Positions 10,289-20,458 of a DNA stretch of 64,000 nucleotides are shown in pieces. Source of the stretch: a virus. The stretch is from IMG/VR virus record IMGVR_UViG_3300005826_000037, positions 32,001 through 96,000 of that record; one strand, 5' to 3'. The notes below the pieces were generated by a model, which searched no databases, was not told the DNA's origin, and was given only the letters and a program-made list of their open reading frames with translations. The translations under genes were made by a program, and so were the position numbers. Position 1 is the stretch's first letter. Every line of letters starts with the position of its first letter.

Positions 10289-12628
10289 TCATTTTCCTTC
10301 AGGAACTGATGTTACAGCCAAAGAATGTTCATTCGCTGAAATTTTATTACCTTCTTGATCTCTTAGCTCAATCACTATAGTTTCTGGCTCAAGTTTAACT
10401 TTAACTTCTGATTTTTCTTCTCCACCACGGCGACCAGGTGCGCCACCAGTTGCAGCTACAGCTGGTGCAGTTTCTGGTATTGCAGCAGCAACCATTGCTG
10501 GAGCTGTTTCTTCTCCAAAATCATATCTACTTCTTGCAGCCTTCTGCATTGCACCGAGAGGGGCACCACTCGCCACAGCGGGCTCAGTATTTTGCTTAAA
10601 AGGACTATACATCTCTTCGGTAGTTCTAATTAATGACTGTCTTTTATTAGCTTCATTTTCCCTAGATTTGATTTCTTCTGCCAAATTCGCTTTATCTTTA
10701 CCAGAAGCTAGCTTCATCTGCTCTCTTTTTCTATCAGTTTCAGCTTTATAATCTTCCAATTTTTTCTCTGCTTCTTCAAAAACTTCAGTATTTAGATGTT
10801 GAACAAAGCCTTCAACTGTAGTTGGAATAACACCAAAAGTATCTTTTAGGTCATTAGCTTTTTCTTGAAAAAATTTCACAGCATTGTCTGGCATTCTTTC
10901 ATTTGAACCAATTAGATTGGCAGATTCACCTCCAGAAGTAGCCCCTGCACTCATTGCATTACTAATTGCTTGTTTTCTTGCTTGAACAGCAGACGGTTCA
11001 TTAGCAAATGTTTTACCAGAAGCTCCAGCCATCATTTGTTGTAAATTAGCCATTCCACTTGCTTGCATTATTCTGAGCATAGCATTAGTATCTGCCCTCA
11101 TCATAGAAATAGGAGTTGCTGTTTGTTTTTGCAGCTCATTACCTTGTTTCATGGTATCTTGTAGAATATCTTTAAGGTCTTTAGTGCTTCCGCCTTTACC
11201 CATTGAAGCAAAAGCTTCTACTAATCTACCTGCTTCTTGTTCATTTCTTGCAAGACCACCTAAAGGTCCTTTCATAAGCATTTGTCTTTGTTTTACAAGT
11301 GCTGATGCTGCTGATTCGGATTTTGAAGCTTCTTCAACAGAAACAACCTTTCCAAATTGTTGAGTCATGGTCTTTCTAACTTTTTCCATAACCTCATCCA
11401 TTTTACCTTCACGCATCAACTGTTCGATCTTAAATGCGCCTCTAAGACCACCAGGTCCACCAGTTTGAGAGGAAATAAATGAACGAGATGCTATATCTAA
11501 ATCTCCAACTTTTTTGGTCATGTTGGTTATAACATCCATTGCTGCAGCGCCACTTATTCCAGTATCTTTAAGTGCTTGAATATAATTATTCATAACTTTA
11601 GAAGCACCTTCCATCATTTTAGATGCTCCATCTCCATCATGACCAAACATTCTCAAACTTTGAGAAGTGCTTGTAATTGCTGCCCTGACTTTGTCCAATT
11701 GAATATTATAATCATTTGATAATTGACCAATTCTTGATGTAAATCTTAAAGCATCTTCACCAACCAAATTATAATCAACAAATGCAGTATCTAGGTCTTT
11801 AACAACATCTTCAAATTTACGACCACTACCCTCAGAATACTGCATTGCTGCAGTTAACATATTTACACTTTTTTGACTTTCATTAAAGCCTGTTACATTT
11901 GATTCTAATGCTCCTGGTATTTTTGCTAATGATACATAATAGCTCTCTACAGCTTCTTTTGGTTTTTGTGTTGCTTTTTCGACATCACTAAGATATTTTC
12001 CCTGAGCAACAATAACACTATTTATATTCTCAAAACTATCTCCAGCCTGATTAATTACTTTACCAAGATTACCTGCAGATGCAGCTGTCATTAATATGGC
12101 ATTCTGAAATCTTAATGCATTATCAGCACTTTCAGCCATATTTTTAGCAGTTTTAATTAAAAAATTTCCTAATTCATCTACACTTTTTATACCCTTAATA
12201 TCAATTCCAAATGAAGAAGCAAGTTTTCTCATATCTTCTAATGGTGTTTTGCCCGCTTTTATACCTACTACTAGATCTTCAAATTGACCAGCAAAAGTAT
12301 TTAATCCAGTTTGAGATTGACCAAATGACTCAAAACTTCTAGATGTTTTTATAAGTCCTGCATTTAACATAGAAAGAGCATTGACCTGTTTATCTGTCAT
12401 TTTTGAAGTATCAATTAAAGAGTCTTTAATACCAGCCATTGTTTTAAATGTATTTAACATTGCTGTTTCAGCACCATTATATATTTCAACAATCTTTTGA
12501 GTCACATTAATATTAACACCCATCTTTTCTGTAAGATTAGAAAAAGATTCTCCTAAAGAATTAATTTGTTCTTTAGTCAAACCAATCTGTTCTCCTGATT
12601 TTTTAAGAACTTCTGAAAAATCTACCAT
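10289..12628 (-). CDS. tape measure protein
   Basis: 779 aa, Ala/Met/Lys-rich and helical; directly downstream of the frameshifted chaperone pair. Confidence 0.75.
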   Translation of the reverse strand: MVDFSEVLKKSGEQIGLTKEQINSLGESFSNLTEKMGVNINVTQKIVEIYNGAETAMLNTFKTMAGIKDSLIDTSKMTDKQVNALSMLNAGLIKTSRSFESFGQSQTGLNTFAGQFEDLVVGIKAGKTPLEDMRKLASSFGIDIKGIKSVDELGNFLIKTAKNMAESADNALRFQNAILMTAASAGNLGKVINQAGDSFENINSVIVAQGKYLSDVEKATQKPKEAVESYYVSLAKIPGALESNVTGFNESQKSVNMLTAAMQYSEGSGRKFEDVVKDLDTAFVDYNLVGEDALRFTSRIGQLSNDYNIQLDKVRAAITSTSQSLRMFGHDGDGASKMMEGASKVMNNYIQALKDTGISGAAAMDVITNMTKKVGDLDIASRSFISSQTGGPGGLRGAFKIEQLMREGKMDEVMEKVRKTMTQQFGKVVSVEEASKSESAASALVKQRQMLMKGPLGGLARNEQEAGRLVEAFASMGKGGSTKDLKDILQDTMKQGNELQKQTATPISMMRADTNAMLRIMQASGMANLQQMMAGASGKTFANEPSAVQARKQAISNAMSAGATSGGESANLIGSNERMPDNAVKFFQEKANDLKDTFGVIPTTVEGFVQHLNTEVFEEAEKKLEDYKAETDRKREQMKLASGKDKANLAEEIKSRENEANKRQSLIRTTEEMYSPFKQNTEPAVASGAPLGAMQKAARSRYDFGEETAPAMVAAAIPETAPAVAATGGAPGRRGGEEKSEVKVKLEPETIVIELRDQEGNKISANEHSLAVTSVPEGK

Positions 12629-12631
12629 CTA

Positions 12632-12981
12632 TTATGCCTTTGGTTTTCTACGACGTCTTTTCTTCTTCTGAGCTTCTTTTTCCTGCAACATTAAGCTTTG
12701 TTCTTTAACTATTCTTGAAGACTCTTCAAATTCTTCATCTGTTGTCTCAATAGAATTTCCTCCAAGTATATTCTGAACAGCTTCTGGATTCCAGAATGAT
12801 GCTAATAAATATGCGTGATTTTTAGCTAGTTCCGCTTTTTGTTTTTGATCTGCTACCCAGTTTTCATACATCCATAATTTTTGAACCGGATCCATATCTG
12901 TTATTCTTGGATCGTCTGGAGTTGTCTGATAAACATTCGAACACAGATACCAGATAAAACGGTGTTCCGGTTCGTTTATTA
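12632..12981 (-). CDS. tail assembly chaperone C-terminal extension (gpT-like), reached by -1 frameshift
   Basis: The -1 frame is open from the slippery site: IINEPEHRFIWYLCSNVYQTTPDDPRITDMDPVQKLW..., continuous with ORF 12632-12895. Confidence 0.8.
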
Positions 12982-13617
12982 TTTTTTTATTTCTTCAACA
13001 ACTACTTTAGCATCTTCTTCTGTTTGTACAGAATACTTATCTCTAGCCTCTTTCGCCATTATCGTATATTCTGAATATAATCTTGATAATAACGCGTCAT
13101 CTAACTCTTCAATAAAACTAAGTCTTGCAGATAACTCACCTGAACCAATAAACTGATCTACTGAAACATTAGCAATTTCTACAAGTGAACGAGCTAACAA
13201 TTGTTTTCTAATTTCAAATGGAAACTCTATAGTGTTATCAAACTTAGAAGACTCAATAATAGCCTCTCTAAGCTCCTTGCCTTTTAATGATTGCAATACA
13301 AATTTATTATTATCAACCTCTACTTCTCTTGTGGTTCTAGTCATGCCCATTAAAATCTCAAGACGTTTCTTTGCTCCATCAGAGATTTTAGACGTTTGCA
13401 TCTTTCTCATAGCTCTAGCCTCCCTAACCTGCCTTTCTATCTCAGCAATATCTTCAGGAGGCGCCATCTGCTGCATTTGTTGTACTTGTTGCATCAATTG
13501 AGGATTCATTTGAGGTGGATATGGTTCTTGATACCCACTTTCATCAGGGATATCAAAACTTCTCATTTGAGAACCACCAAACTTTTTACTTCCTATTTCA
13601 CTATCATATCCAGCCAT
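12979..13617 (-). CDS. tail assembly chaperone (gpG-like)
   Basis: ORF between tube and tape measure ending in the slippery site; start moved to ATG 13617 (GGAG SD upstream). Confidence 0.75.
   Translation of the reverse strand: MAGYDSEIGSKKFGGSQMRSFDIPDESGYQEPYPPQMNPQLMQQVQQMQQMAPPEDIAEIERQVREARAMRKMQTSKISDGAKKRLEILMGMTRTTREVEVDNNKFVLQSLKGKELREAIIESSKFDNTIEFPFEIRKQLLARSLVEIANVSVDQFIGSGELSARLSFIEELDDALLSRLYSEYTIMAKEARDKYSVQTEEDAKVVVEEIKK
12982..12988 (-). promoter_or_regulatory. programmed -1 ribosomal frameshift slippery heptamer A AAA AAA
   Basis: Minus strand GAA ATA AAA AAA TAA at the chaperone end; classic position between tail tube and tape measure genes. Confidence 0.8.
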
Positions 13618-13666
13618 AAAAAACTCCACATTACTATTTGTTATTCGAACAATGGAATTAAAACCA

Positions 13667-13800
13667 TTCTAATATTGAATATAACAGTGAACTACTACTG
13701 ACTAAAGCCAGGAGCTTCTACCTTCTTTGACCTTTCTACTGAAAGCGCCTCCGGTAGTTTTTGATACGGGACTGCGTTCCACAACCCCAAGTTTATCATG
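13667..13800 (-). ncRNA. putative TnpB omega/reRNA overlapping the tnpB 3' end, with flanking guide
   Basis: GC-richer 3' segment ending at TTCAC; established TnpB architecture; bounds inferred. Confidence 0.5.
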
Positions 13801-14879
13801 CCTTTTTCTCTAATATTTAAAGCGGCATTTAAATCTCTATCATGATCTTCACTACAAATTGGACAAGTCCACTCTCTAATATTTAGAGGTAAACTATCAA
13901 CTACAAATTTACACTTATTGCATGTTTTGCTACTTGGAAAAAATCTATCTATCTGATGAAAAGTTCTTCCATACCATTTAGCTTTATATTCCAACTGCCT
14001 TGTTAATTCTCCCCAAGATGCATCTTGAATACTTTTAGAAAGTTTATGGTTCTTAATCATATTCTTCATAGATAAATCCTCAGCAATTATAACTTGGTTT
14101 TCGTTAATTAGTTGATGAGTTATTTTGTGAAGTTGATCTAATCTTCTATTAGATATTCTTTGATGCAATTTAGCAACTCTAAGTCTTCTTTTTTTTCTAT
14201 TAGAAGAACCTTTTTGTGATCTGGAAAGTTTTCTCTGATGAAAAGCTAATTGTTTTTCACTTTGCCTGTAGAACTTATGATTGCTAAAATATTCACCTTC
14301 AGAAGTTATTACCAAATCTTTTAAACCTAAATCTATTCCAAGTGAAAAATCATTCTTTGGTAGTTCTTCAATATTTAGTTTGCATAAAATTGAAGCAAAA
14401 TATTGATTTGAAGGATTTTTAGAAATGAACAAGCATACTTGATTATCTGGCAGTTCTTGATGCAAATTAATTTTAATACTACTATTAAGTTTAGGAATAT
14501 GTAGTTTATTATTAATAACCTTAAAATTCTGTGGTATTTTAAATGATTGCTTATTAGTTTTTTTATGAAAATTAGGAAAACTACTTTGTTTCTTAAAAAA
14601 ACGGAGATAAGCAATATCAAGATTTCTTAAAGAGAACTGAAGAGATTGAGAATTAATATCTTTTAACCAAGTGAGTTCATCTTGTTTTTTAAGTTTAGTT
14701 AATTCTTTACTATCTTGGTGATAGTTAGATAATTTCTTATTATTTAGATATTCATCTTTTCGTTTAGCTAAAAAGTAATTATATACATATCTTATGGCAC
14801 CAAACTGTTGAGCTAGAAATTGTTTCTGTTCATTAGTTGGATAGATACGAAATCTAAAACTTTTCAGCACTTCATTCAT
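13695..14879 (-). CDS. tnpB: RNA-guided endonuclease TnpB
   Basis: KSFRFRIYPT N-terminal HTH, RuvC motifs GIDLG, IIAEDL and DRDLNAALNI, Zn ribbon SSKTCNKC...WTCPIC. Confidence 0.95.
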   Translation of the reverse strand: MNEVLKSFRFRIYPTNEQKQFLAQQFGAIRYVYNYFLAKRKDEYLNNKKLSNYHQDSKELTKLKKQDELTWLKDINSQSLQFSLRNLDIAYLRFFKKQSSFPNFHKKTNKQSFKIPQNFKVINNKLHIPKLNSSIKINLHQELPDNQVCLFISKNPSNQYFASILCKLNIEELPKNDFSLGIDLGLKDLVITSEGEYFSNHKFYRQSEKQLAFHQRKLSRSQKGSSNRKKRRLRVAKLHQRISNRRLDQLHKITHQLINENQVIIAEDLSMKNMIKNHKLSKSIQDASWGELTRQLEYKAKWYGRTFHQIDRFFPSSKTCNKCKFVVDSLPLNIREWTCPICSEDHDRDLNAALNIREKGMINLGLWNAVPYQKLPEALSVERSKKVEAPGFSQ

Positions 14880-14887
14880 ATTAGAAT

Positions 14888-14895
14888 ATATATCA
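14888..14895 (-). promoter_or_regulatory. TGATATAT motif 16 nt upstream of tnpB ATG
   Basis: TGATATATATTCTAAT-ATG, no SD. Confidence 0.6.
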
Positions 14896-14987
14896 CATCA
14901 TTAGTAAAGATTTTTACAAAAAAATGCAAAAAATTTAAATTGCAAATTAACCCTCTGCCTAAAGAGATTTTTTGGTACTTAAATGAT

Positions 14988-15019
14988 AAAAAAGCGAATA
15001 GCTTTTACACCATTCGCTT
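14988..15019 (-). terminator. rho-independent terminator after the tail tube gene
   Basis: Stem AAGCGAAT/ATTCGCTT followed by a T-run on the minus strand. Confidence 0.7.
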
Positions 15020-15045
15020 CTTTAAGTAATTAGGGAGTCAAAGTA

Positions 15046-15696
15046 TTAGAATAGATCGCCGTTAACACCGATATCAATCAAGCCGCCAGCATCCAAAGAT
15101 CCTCTTCTGCCATTTGCGCCTCTATCGACTGCTCTCTCAATTATTCCAGCTGTGGTGTTCCAAACTGCTGGATTAACGATCTGTCTCTCTCCACCTTGTG
15201 CTACGTTATTTCCACCCGCAATATGGCTAGAAATACTCTCAGCCATCCAACTCATATTATCTGTAATAATCCAATCAGACGCACTATATGTATATTCAAT
15301 TGATTGAATCCATACGTTTTTAATTATTGTAGATACCCATTGTGCATTACTTTGCTTTTGTTTATCTAAAATAACAATATCAAAGGGATAAATTTGTGAC
15401 GCAACATGGATAAAACTTCTTGAAAAAGCCTCTGCTACTCTTAACCTATCAAATCTAATTCTTGAGCAACTTCCAGAAATATTGGTTGAGGTATTAGGAA
15501 CCGAATCAATATGACCATCAGTTCCTACTTCATCAATAGGTTTAATCCCGCGCTCTTCTCTAACCTGTAGACTTTGAACAGCTCCAACAGCAATATCATT
15601 AACAGTAATGATAATGTTGGTTGAAACAGCAGTACTTGTTTTATTTACGCCACTTGTCCAATCTAAGGTTGAACTAGTATTAATTGCGTTAGCCAT
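15046..15696 (-). CDS. tail tube protein
   Basis: Follows the sheath; IIITVNDIAVGAVQSLQVRE...EVG...PFDIVI...IKNVWI tube-type pattern. Confidence 0.8.
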   Translation of the reverse strand: MANAINTSSTLDWTSGVNKTSTAVSTNIIITVNDIAVGAVQSLQVREERGIKPIDEVGTDGHIDSVPNTSTNISGSCSRIRFDRLRVAEAFSRSFIHVASQIYPFDIVILDKQKQSNAQWVSTIIKNVWIQSIEYTYSASDWIITDNMSWMAESISSHIAGGNNVAQGGERQIVNPAVWNTTAGIIERAVDRGANGRRGSLDAGGLIDIGVNGDLF

Positions 15697-15712
15697 TTTT
15701 ATATCTCCCTAA

Positions 15713-18484
15713 TTATAGTTGACCTAGAGCTACCTTGATGTAAATGAAGTTTACTGGGTAGGTTGGTTGTACTCTTACTGTTATGTTCCATTGTCTTGGG
15801 TCTGATTCATCTTTAACTACTGAAAGGTCTGCATAAGCTGTAATTAAACTCTGCGAAACTAAGGAGTTCAACAAGATGACAGCGCGTGTATTCAAAGCGG
15901 CAGGAGTCTCTAGTGTTTCTGGTTGACCAATGAAAGAACGGAAACCTGATCTAAGTGTCTTTGCAACTCTATCTCTGATGAATACGATTGAAATCTCTTC
16001 CTCTTCTGGATATCCACTCTGAGTTGTGGTAATTCCCCAAACAACTCTTCCACCACCAGATACTGGTTGTAGTGTAGTAACACCAGCTTGAGCCAATCTC
16101 TCAAGAACAGATTGTGAGAATTGCTTATCTCTAAGGATTGTGAAACCTGTGAAAGTCTTATTAGTAAATGGATTTTCAATCCTAAGATCTTGTGCTGCAT
16201 AACCAGCTGCTGCAGCTGCAATGTAGAAACCATCAATAAGTACATTACTTGTTCCAGCTTGAACAACAATCTGATCTGGATAGAAGTATACACATCTATA
16301 TGTATTACCGAATGCATTTGAAACTGAGTAATCTGCAAGATCTTCGATATTACCAGCAAGAACTTCTGTTACGTTATCACCTTGGATACCTTCAAGAACT
16401 CCGATATCTTCAACTGCTGCTAATGATGTACCTGTCAAATTATCAGGTGTCAATCCATTAATAGCTCCACAGAATAATACTCTTTCCTTCTTATTTCTTA
16501 TATTACTCATTGATTTACAATGTGCAAGAGTATTTTGGAAGATAACAGATATTGTCTGCTTTGGAAGAGGAACAACGATATCACATTCAATAACTTCCAT
16601 TGACTCAAGAGCGTTAATCCATCCTGCATCGTAGAAAGAAGCATCTTTCGTTGTGATAACTGTAATTCTTAATTGGTAAGTATCAGGAACAACATTCTTA
16701 TTTACAACTACATAGTAACTTTCGTCTGTTAAGTCAAGGACTTCAAAACGCATATCACTTTCTTGAATTACACCCTTCCTTATAGTTACCTCAAATGAAG
16801 CTGAAGCTGTAATATCACTCAAACCATCATTTGCTTCATCAGAAGCAGTGATTTGAATTCTATAAAGAGTTCCAATATCTGGAACTGTACTAAAATCAAC
16901 AGTTGCACTTGTTAATGTTGCTGTTGCTGTTCCAGCAGATTTAACCAAAACACCATCTGTTCCAGAATAGCCATCAAGAGCTAATCCTGAGGAGATGCTA
17001 ACAACCTGGAATGCAACACCAGTATCATTTACATAATCTGGGAAGTATGGAGAAGCTTCAGTGCGAGTTACATAAAGATTACCGCCACTTACTGCCGTAA
17101 CAGTGTAGCTACCTTCATTTGCACTATTTGTTGCATTAATAATCTTTAAAGACTTTCCCACATATGATGAGTCATATTCAAGAGAAGAACTGAAAACGCC
17201 ACTATAGTAATTGCTACCACGTGCGATATATCCATCTTCACCATAAGAAAGAGCTTCATAACCAGCCTTCACTGTATAGAAGTATGACCATCCTGCAGGT
17301 GCAGGGGTATCATCAGTAATAAACTGGGTAGTTGTTGGGTATCCTGCTGTATCAAGCAAATAATAGTCCAACTTATTTGGAAGAATTTGAGACTCAACGT
17401 TTGTTGAATTATTCGTTACAAAGAAGTGAATATCAGAGTTTGGATCTGGGACAATACCTGCTGGCAATGGGAAAATGAAGTCATCATTATTTGTAGAAGT
17501 TGCATCCATACTCTCGGTAAGAATGTATGAAGTTCTTCTTGGCATTGCTGGCGCTGTTTGGCAAGCCATAACTGCTGGTGCTTGATTAGCAAATGCAAGC
17601 TGAGCACCTAAACTCAAAGTATTATCTGTGCTTGGGAAGCCATGCTTATTTATAAGAGACTGGAAACTATCGAATAATACAGGATCATTTAAGTTAGTAG
17701 TTGGAATATATGAAGCAGTCAATGTATCATTAGATACAAGAACACCACTATCAACTATGATTGTAAAACCATCACCCTCTCTAAATGGAGTTACTGACGA
17801 ACCGCCGCTCTTTGTTTCATAAATTGCAAAACTCAATACACCATTAGAAACTGCAGTTCCATTTGCGGTCCAAATTATTGGATTTCCATTTGAATCAACC
17901 TTTGCCCCAGAAATCGATCCAAAAGCGATGAATTTTGCAGTATTTTCTATTGGCAATCCTAACGCACTCCTCTGAACAGAAACACATCTAATTGTCCATG
18001 TTTCTGGAGGAGCATTAGTATCAACAAGGGATAAAGAAGCTAAATAACCATCACCAACATTTGTAGAAACTGGAGTATAATAAGCGCCACCTTGATCTCT
18101 CAAATGACCCCTTTGCAACTCTATTCTACCAGTAGTAATATCAACTCTGTAATCATATCTACTACTGAATGCGTTGCTATCTATGGTTGCTTCCAATCCT
18201 GTAAGCAAAACTCCATTTTTATACAATGAGGTTCTAGCAGAAACAACTGGATATGAGGACAATTGGAAATGTCTTCCATCTGCCCCTGTAGTTGAAGTGT
18301 ATGCAGAGTTAAATCCATCAACCCCTCCTCCAACTGCTTGGGCAACAATGGTTTCGTCTGCCGAACCCTCACCCATAATTGCTGCTATACGAGTACCACC
18401 AGGAATTGATACTCCCCTGGATTGTGTTACTATATCTGTAAAAACTCCTGGTAGGACATTTGTTGCGCCTGGGATGTTTGCCAT
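15713..18484 (-). CDS. contractile tail sheath protein
   Basis: N-terminal LPGVFT; C-terminal GRVVWGITT, ISIVFIRD and ITVRVQPTYPVNFIYI sheath signatures; 923 aa with inserted domains. Confidence 0.9.
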   Translation of the reverse strand: MANIPGATNVLPGVFTDIVTQSRGVSIPGGTRIAAIMGEGSADETIVAQAVGGGVDGFNSAYTSTTGADGRHFQLSSYPVVSARTSLYKNGVLLTGLEATIDSNAFSSRYDYRVDITTGRIELQRGHLRDQGGAYYTPVSTNVGDGYLASLSLVDTNAPPETWTIRCVSVQRSALGLPIENTAKFIAFGSISGAKVDSNGNPIIWTANGTAVSNGVLSFAIYETKSGGSSVTPFREGDGFTIIVDSGVLVSNDTLTASYIPTTNLNDPVLFDSFQSLINKHGFPSTDNTLSLGAQLAFANQAPAVMACQTAPAMPRRTSYILTESMDATSTNNDDFIFPLPAGIVPDPNSDIHFFVTNNSTNVESQILPNKLDYYLLDTAGYPTTTQFITDDTPAPAGWSYFYTVKAGYEALSYGEDGYIARGSNYYSGVFSSSLEYDSSYVGKSLKIINATNSANEGSYTVTAVSGGNLYVTRTEASPYFPDYVNDTGVAFQVVSISSGLALDGYSGTDGVLVKSAGTATATLTSATVDFSTVPDIGTLYRIQITASDEANDGLSDITASASFEVTIRKGVIQESDMRFEVLDLTDESYYVVVNKNVVPDTYQLRITVITTKDASFYDAGWINALESMEVIECDIVVPLPKQTISVIFQNTLAHCKSMSNIRNKKERVLFCGAINGLTPDNLTGTSLAAVEDIGVLEGIQGDNVTEVLAGNIEDLADYSVSNAFGNTYRCVYFYPDQIVVQAGTSNVLIDGFYIAAAAAGYAAQDLRIENPFTNKTFTGFTILRDKQFSQSVLERLAQAGVTTLQPVSGGGRVVWGITTTQSGYPEEEEISIVFIRDRVAKTLRSGFRSFIGQPETLETPAALNTRAVILLNSLVSQSLITAYADLSVVKDESDPRQWNITVRVQPTYPVNFIYIKVALGQL

Positions 18485-18633
18485 ATTAGAATCCTTATCA
18501 CTCAGTTACATGTAGCTTCTATCACTAAAATGTATTAATATTCGTATTTGGTACGATATATTAACATATTTTGTTTTTGACTTACTATTATTAAGTTGCC
18601 ATCCATGAAACTAACCTAAAAACCATTATTAAT

Positions 18634-19458
18634 TTATGAGTTTAGTAGTATATCTAAAACACTAAGTTCTGTATTTATAGTTAAGTTTTGAGGGGCTGGA
18701 ACTTCTGGTCTCGATATATCATCAAAAGAAACAGAAAAGAAAATAGCATCTATTAAATTACCTATTGGAACTTCTCTTCTCCATTCTGTCCTTATATCTA
18801 ATGTGATACTTTGCCTAAACAACTTATCATTTCTATCATCAGTTTCTGATGGTGCACCTATATTAGGTGGTTTAATTAACAAACCTACATCATATAATGA
18901 GTCAACTGTTATTTCAGAAAAACACATTCCAACTAATTGTGCTAAATCATCTCTTGCTCTTAAACTTCTAGAAAAAATATCTATTACTATAGAGCCTTCC
19001 CAAGCTCCAGCTGTAACAAAACTAACTGGTCTTGTTATAATTGACTCATTACCATAACCATCTTCATATATTATTGTTTCGTTTCTTACTGTTCCCTTTT
19101 GTCTATTTATAGAAATTGGTACATATCTACTACCTCCACTTTTAACTAAAATAGCGGGATAAAATATTCCATCATATCTATAATTCTCTCCTATATAAAC
19201 TCTTGTACTCAGAAGATCTGATTCTTCTGCAGTAGAACCAAAAGCTCCTACTGGAAGGTCTGCTCCAAGAGGTATATCTGTATGATCAGTCGTATTAGGA
19301 AATCCCCACTGATCTTTTGAAAAATGATAATAACTGTCTTTTGAGAAAATATCTCTTAGAGTTGAAATTATAATCTCTTTTGGATACACAAGCATTGATG
19401 CTTGAATAATGTTATGTATCTCATATAAATCTGATTTAAAGACGTTATTTGTTGACAT
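18634..19458 (-). CDS. putative tail completion/terminator protein
   Basis: YPAILVKS...GSIVIDIFSRSLRARDDLAQLV...FRQSITLDIRTEW; immediately upstream of the sheath. Confidence 0.6.
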   Translation of the reverse strand: MSTNNVFKSDLYEIHNIIQASMLVYPKEIIISTLRDIFSKDSYYHFSKDQWGFPNTTDHTDIPLGADLPVGAFGSTAEESDLLSTRVYIGENYRYDGIFYPAILVKSGGSRYVPISINRQKGTVRNETIIYEDGYGNESIITRPVSFVTAGAWEGSIVIDIFSRSLRARDDLAQLVGMCFSEITVDSLYDVGLLIKPPNIGAPSETDDRNDKLFRQSITLDIRTEWRREVPIGNLIDAIFFSVSFDDISRPEVPAPQNLTINTELSVLDILLNS

Positions 19459-19461
19459 TTA

Positions 19462-20448
19462 TTACCACCTGAAAGTCACATCAACATAATAAAAATCTGC
19501 ATGTGCAGTAATAGTTGAAATTTCAGCCGTAAACTCAAGTGACAATTTTATAGCTGAAGTTGCGGTGTTATGCTGATTATTAACTACCGTAGATGAAGGA
19601 GTTAAAACAGTACTATAATCTGTGTTCGAATTAGGATAATCCACCACAACAATTTTATAAGAACCATTAGCATACAAAGCCATTTGCATGAAATATGCGG
19701 TTTTTGTTCCTGAATAAGTATTACATCCATGCGATGCAGTTGCATTAATTAAACGTGTTCCATATGGCATTATACTTGACAAATTATAAAGTATACCAAA
19801 AGTAGTGTTATTAACTGTTGTAAAATCTATCAAAACATTTGAAAAATATCCATCATTATTATAAGCAATCACATTGGTGGTCGCTCCTGCTTGCGATATA
19901 TGTATATTATCTCTATTATAGATCATACCATCTTCAATAAGTAGACGTATTACTTCTGTCTGATTAATATTTCTATCAACAGTCCATTGAGATGAAACTC
20001 CCATAGTACCATTAATATTCAAATCAACTGTTTCAGTACTACTACCATTAGTATAATAATTATCAAAATAATTGTTTGTTATAATACCGTTGCAACTATT
20101 TTCTAATCCGACTCCGGCAGGATAATTGTCCAAGAATTTAAAACCAACATAATTGCCAATACTAACAACATCTCTATAAAGAAAATTATTGGTAACATTA
20201 AAATCTTCCCCATTACTTAACAATATTAGTACAATATCTTCTACATCAACTGTTGGTGTCGTTGTAGGGGTTGTTGTTTTGAAAATGTTATTTGTAATAA
20301 CTGCAGAATTCCTAACCCATATTCCACCGTGCTGATACGCATAAACCGTACCTTCAGTCGTACCATCATAAAAATTGCTAGATGTTATCATATTACCAGA
20401 TATGATACATGAAGCACTTCCACCAATATTTACAGTTCCAGCAGGCAT
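19462..20448 (-). CDS. beta-helix-containing fibre/spike-associated protein
   Basis: Repeated IISGN/ITNN rungs; own SD (AAGGAG) upstream of ATG. Confidence 0.55.
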   Translation of the reverse strand: MPAGTVNIGGSASCIISGNMITSSNFYDGTTEGTVYAYQHGGIWVRNSAVITNNIFKTTTPTTTPTVDVEDIVLILLSNGEDFNVTNNFLYRDVVSIGNYVGFKFLDNYPAGVGLENSCNGIITNNYFDNYYTNGSSTETVDLNINGTMGVSSQWTVDRNINQTEVIRLLIEDGMIYNRDNIHISQAGATTNVIAYNNDGYFSNVLIDFTTVNNTTFGILYNLSSIMPYGTRLINATASHGCNTYSGTKTAYFMQMALYANGSYKIVVVDYPNSNTDYSTVLTPSSTVVNNQHNTATSAIKLSLEFTAEISTITAHADFYYVDVTFRW

Positions 20449-20458
20449 TTATACTCCT

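Larger units (their letters stand above)
13687..14970 (-). mobile_element. IS200/IS605-family (IS1341-type, tnpB only) element
   Basis: Right end GAAGCTCCTGGCTTTAGTCAGTAGTAGTTCAC (hairpin plus TTCAC) ends at 13687; candidate left-end hairpin AATCTCTTTAGGCAGAGGGTT at 14949-14969; no tnpA. Left boundary approximate. Confidence 0.7.

Noticed and set aside
2374-18484. Stand-alone contractile injection system (tailocin/eCIS/T6SS)
   Set aside because: The tail module is linked to capsid, protease-scaffold and neck genes, so it belongs to a phage.
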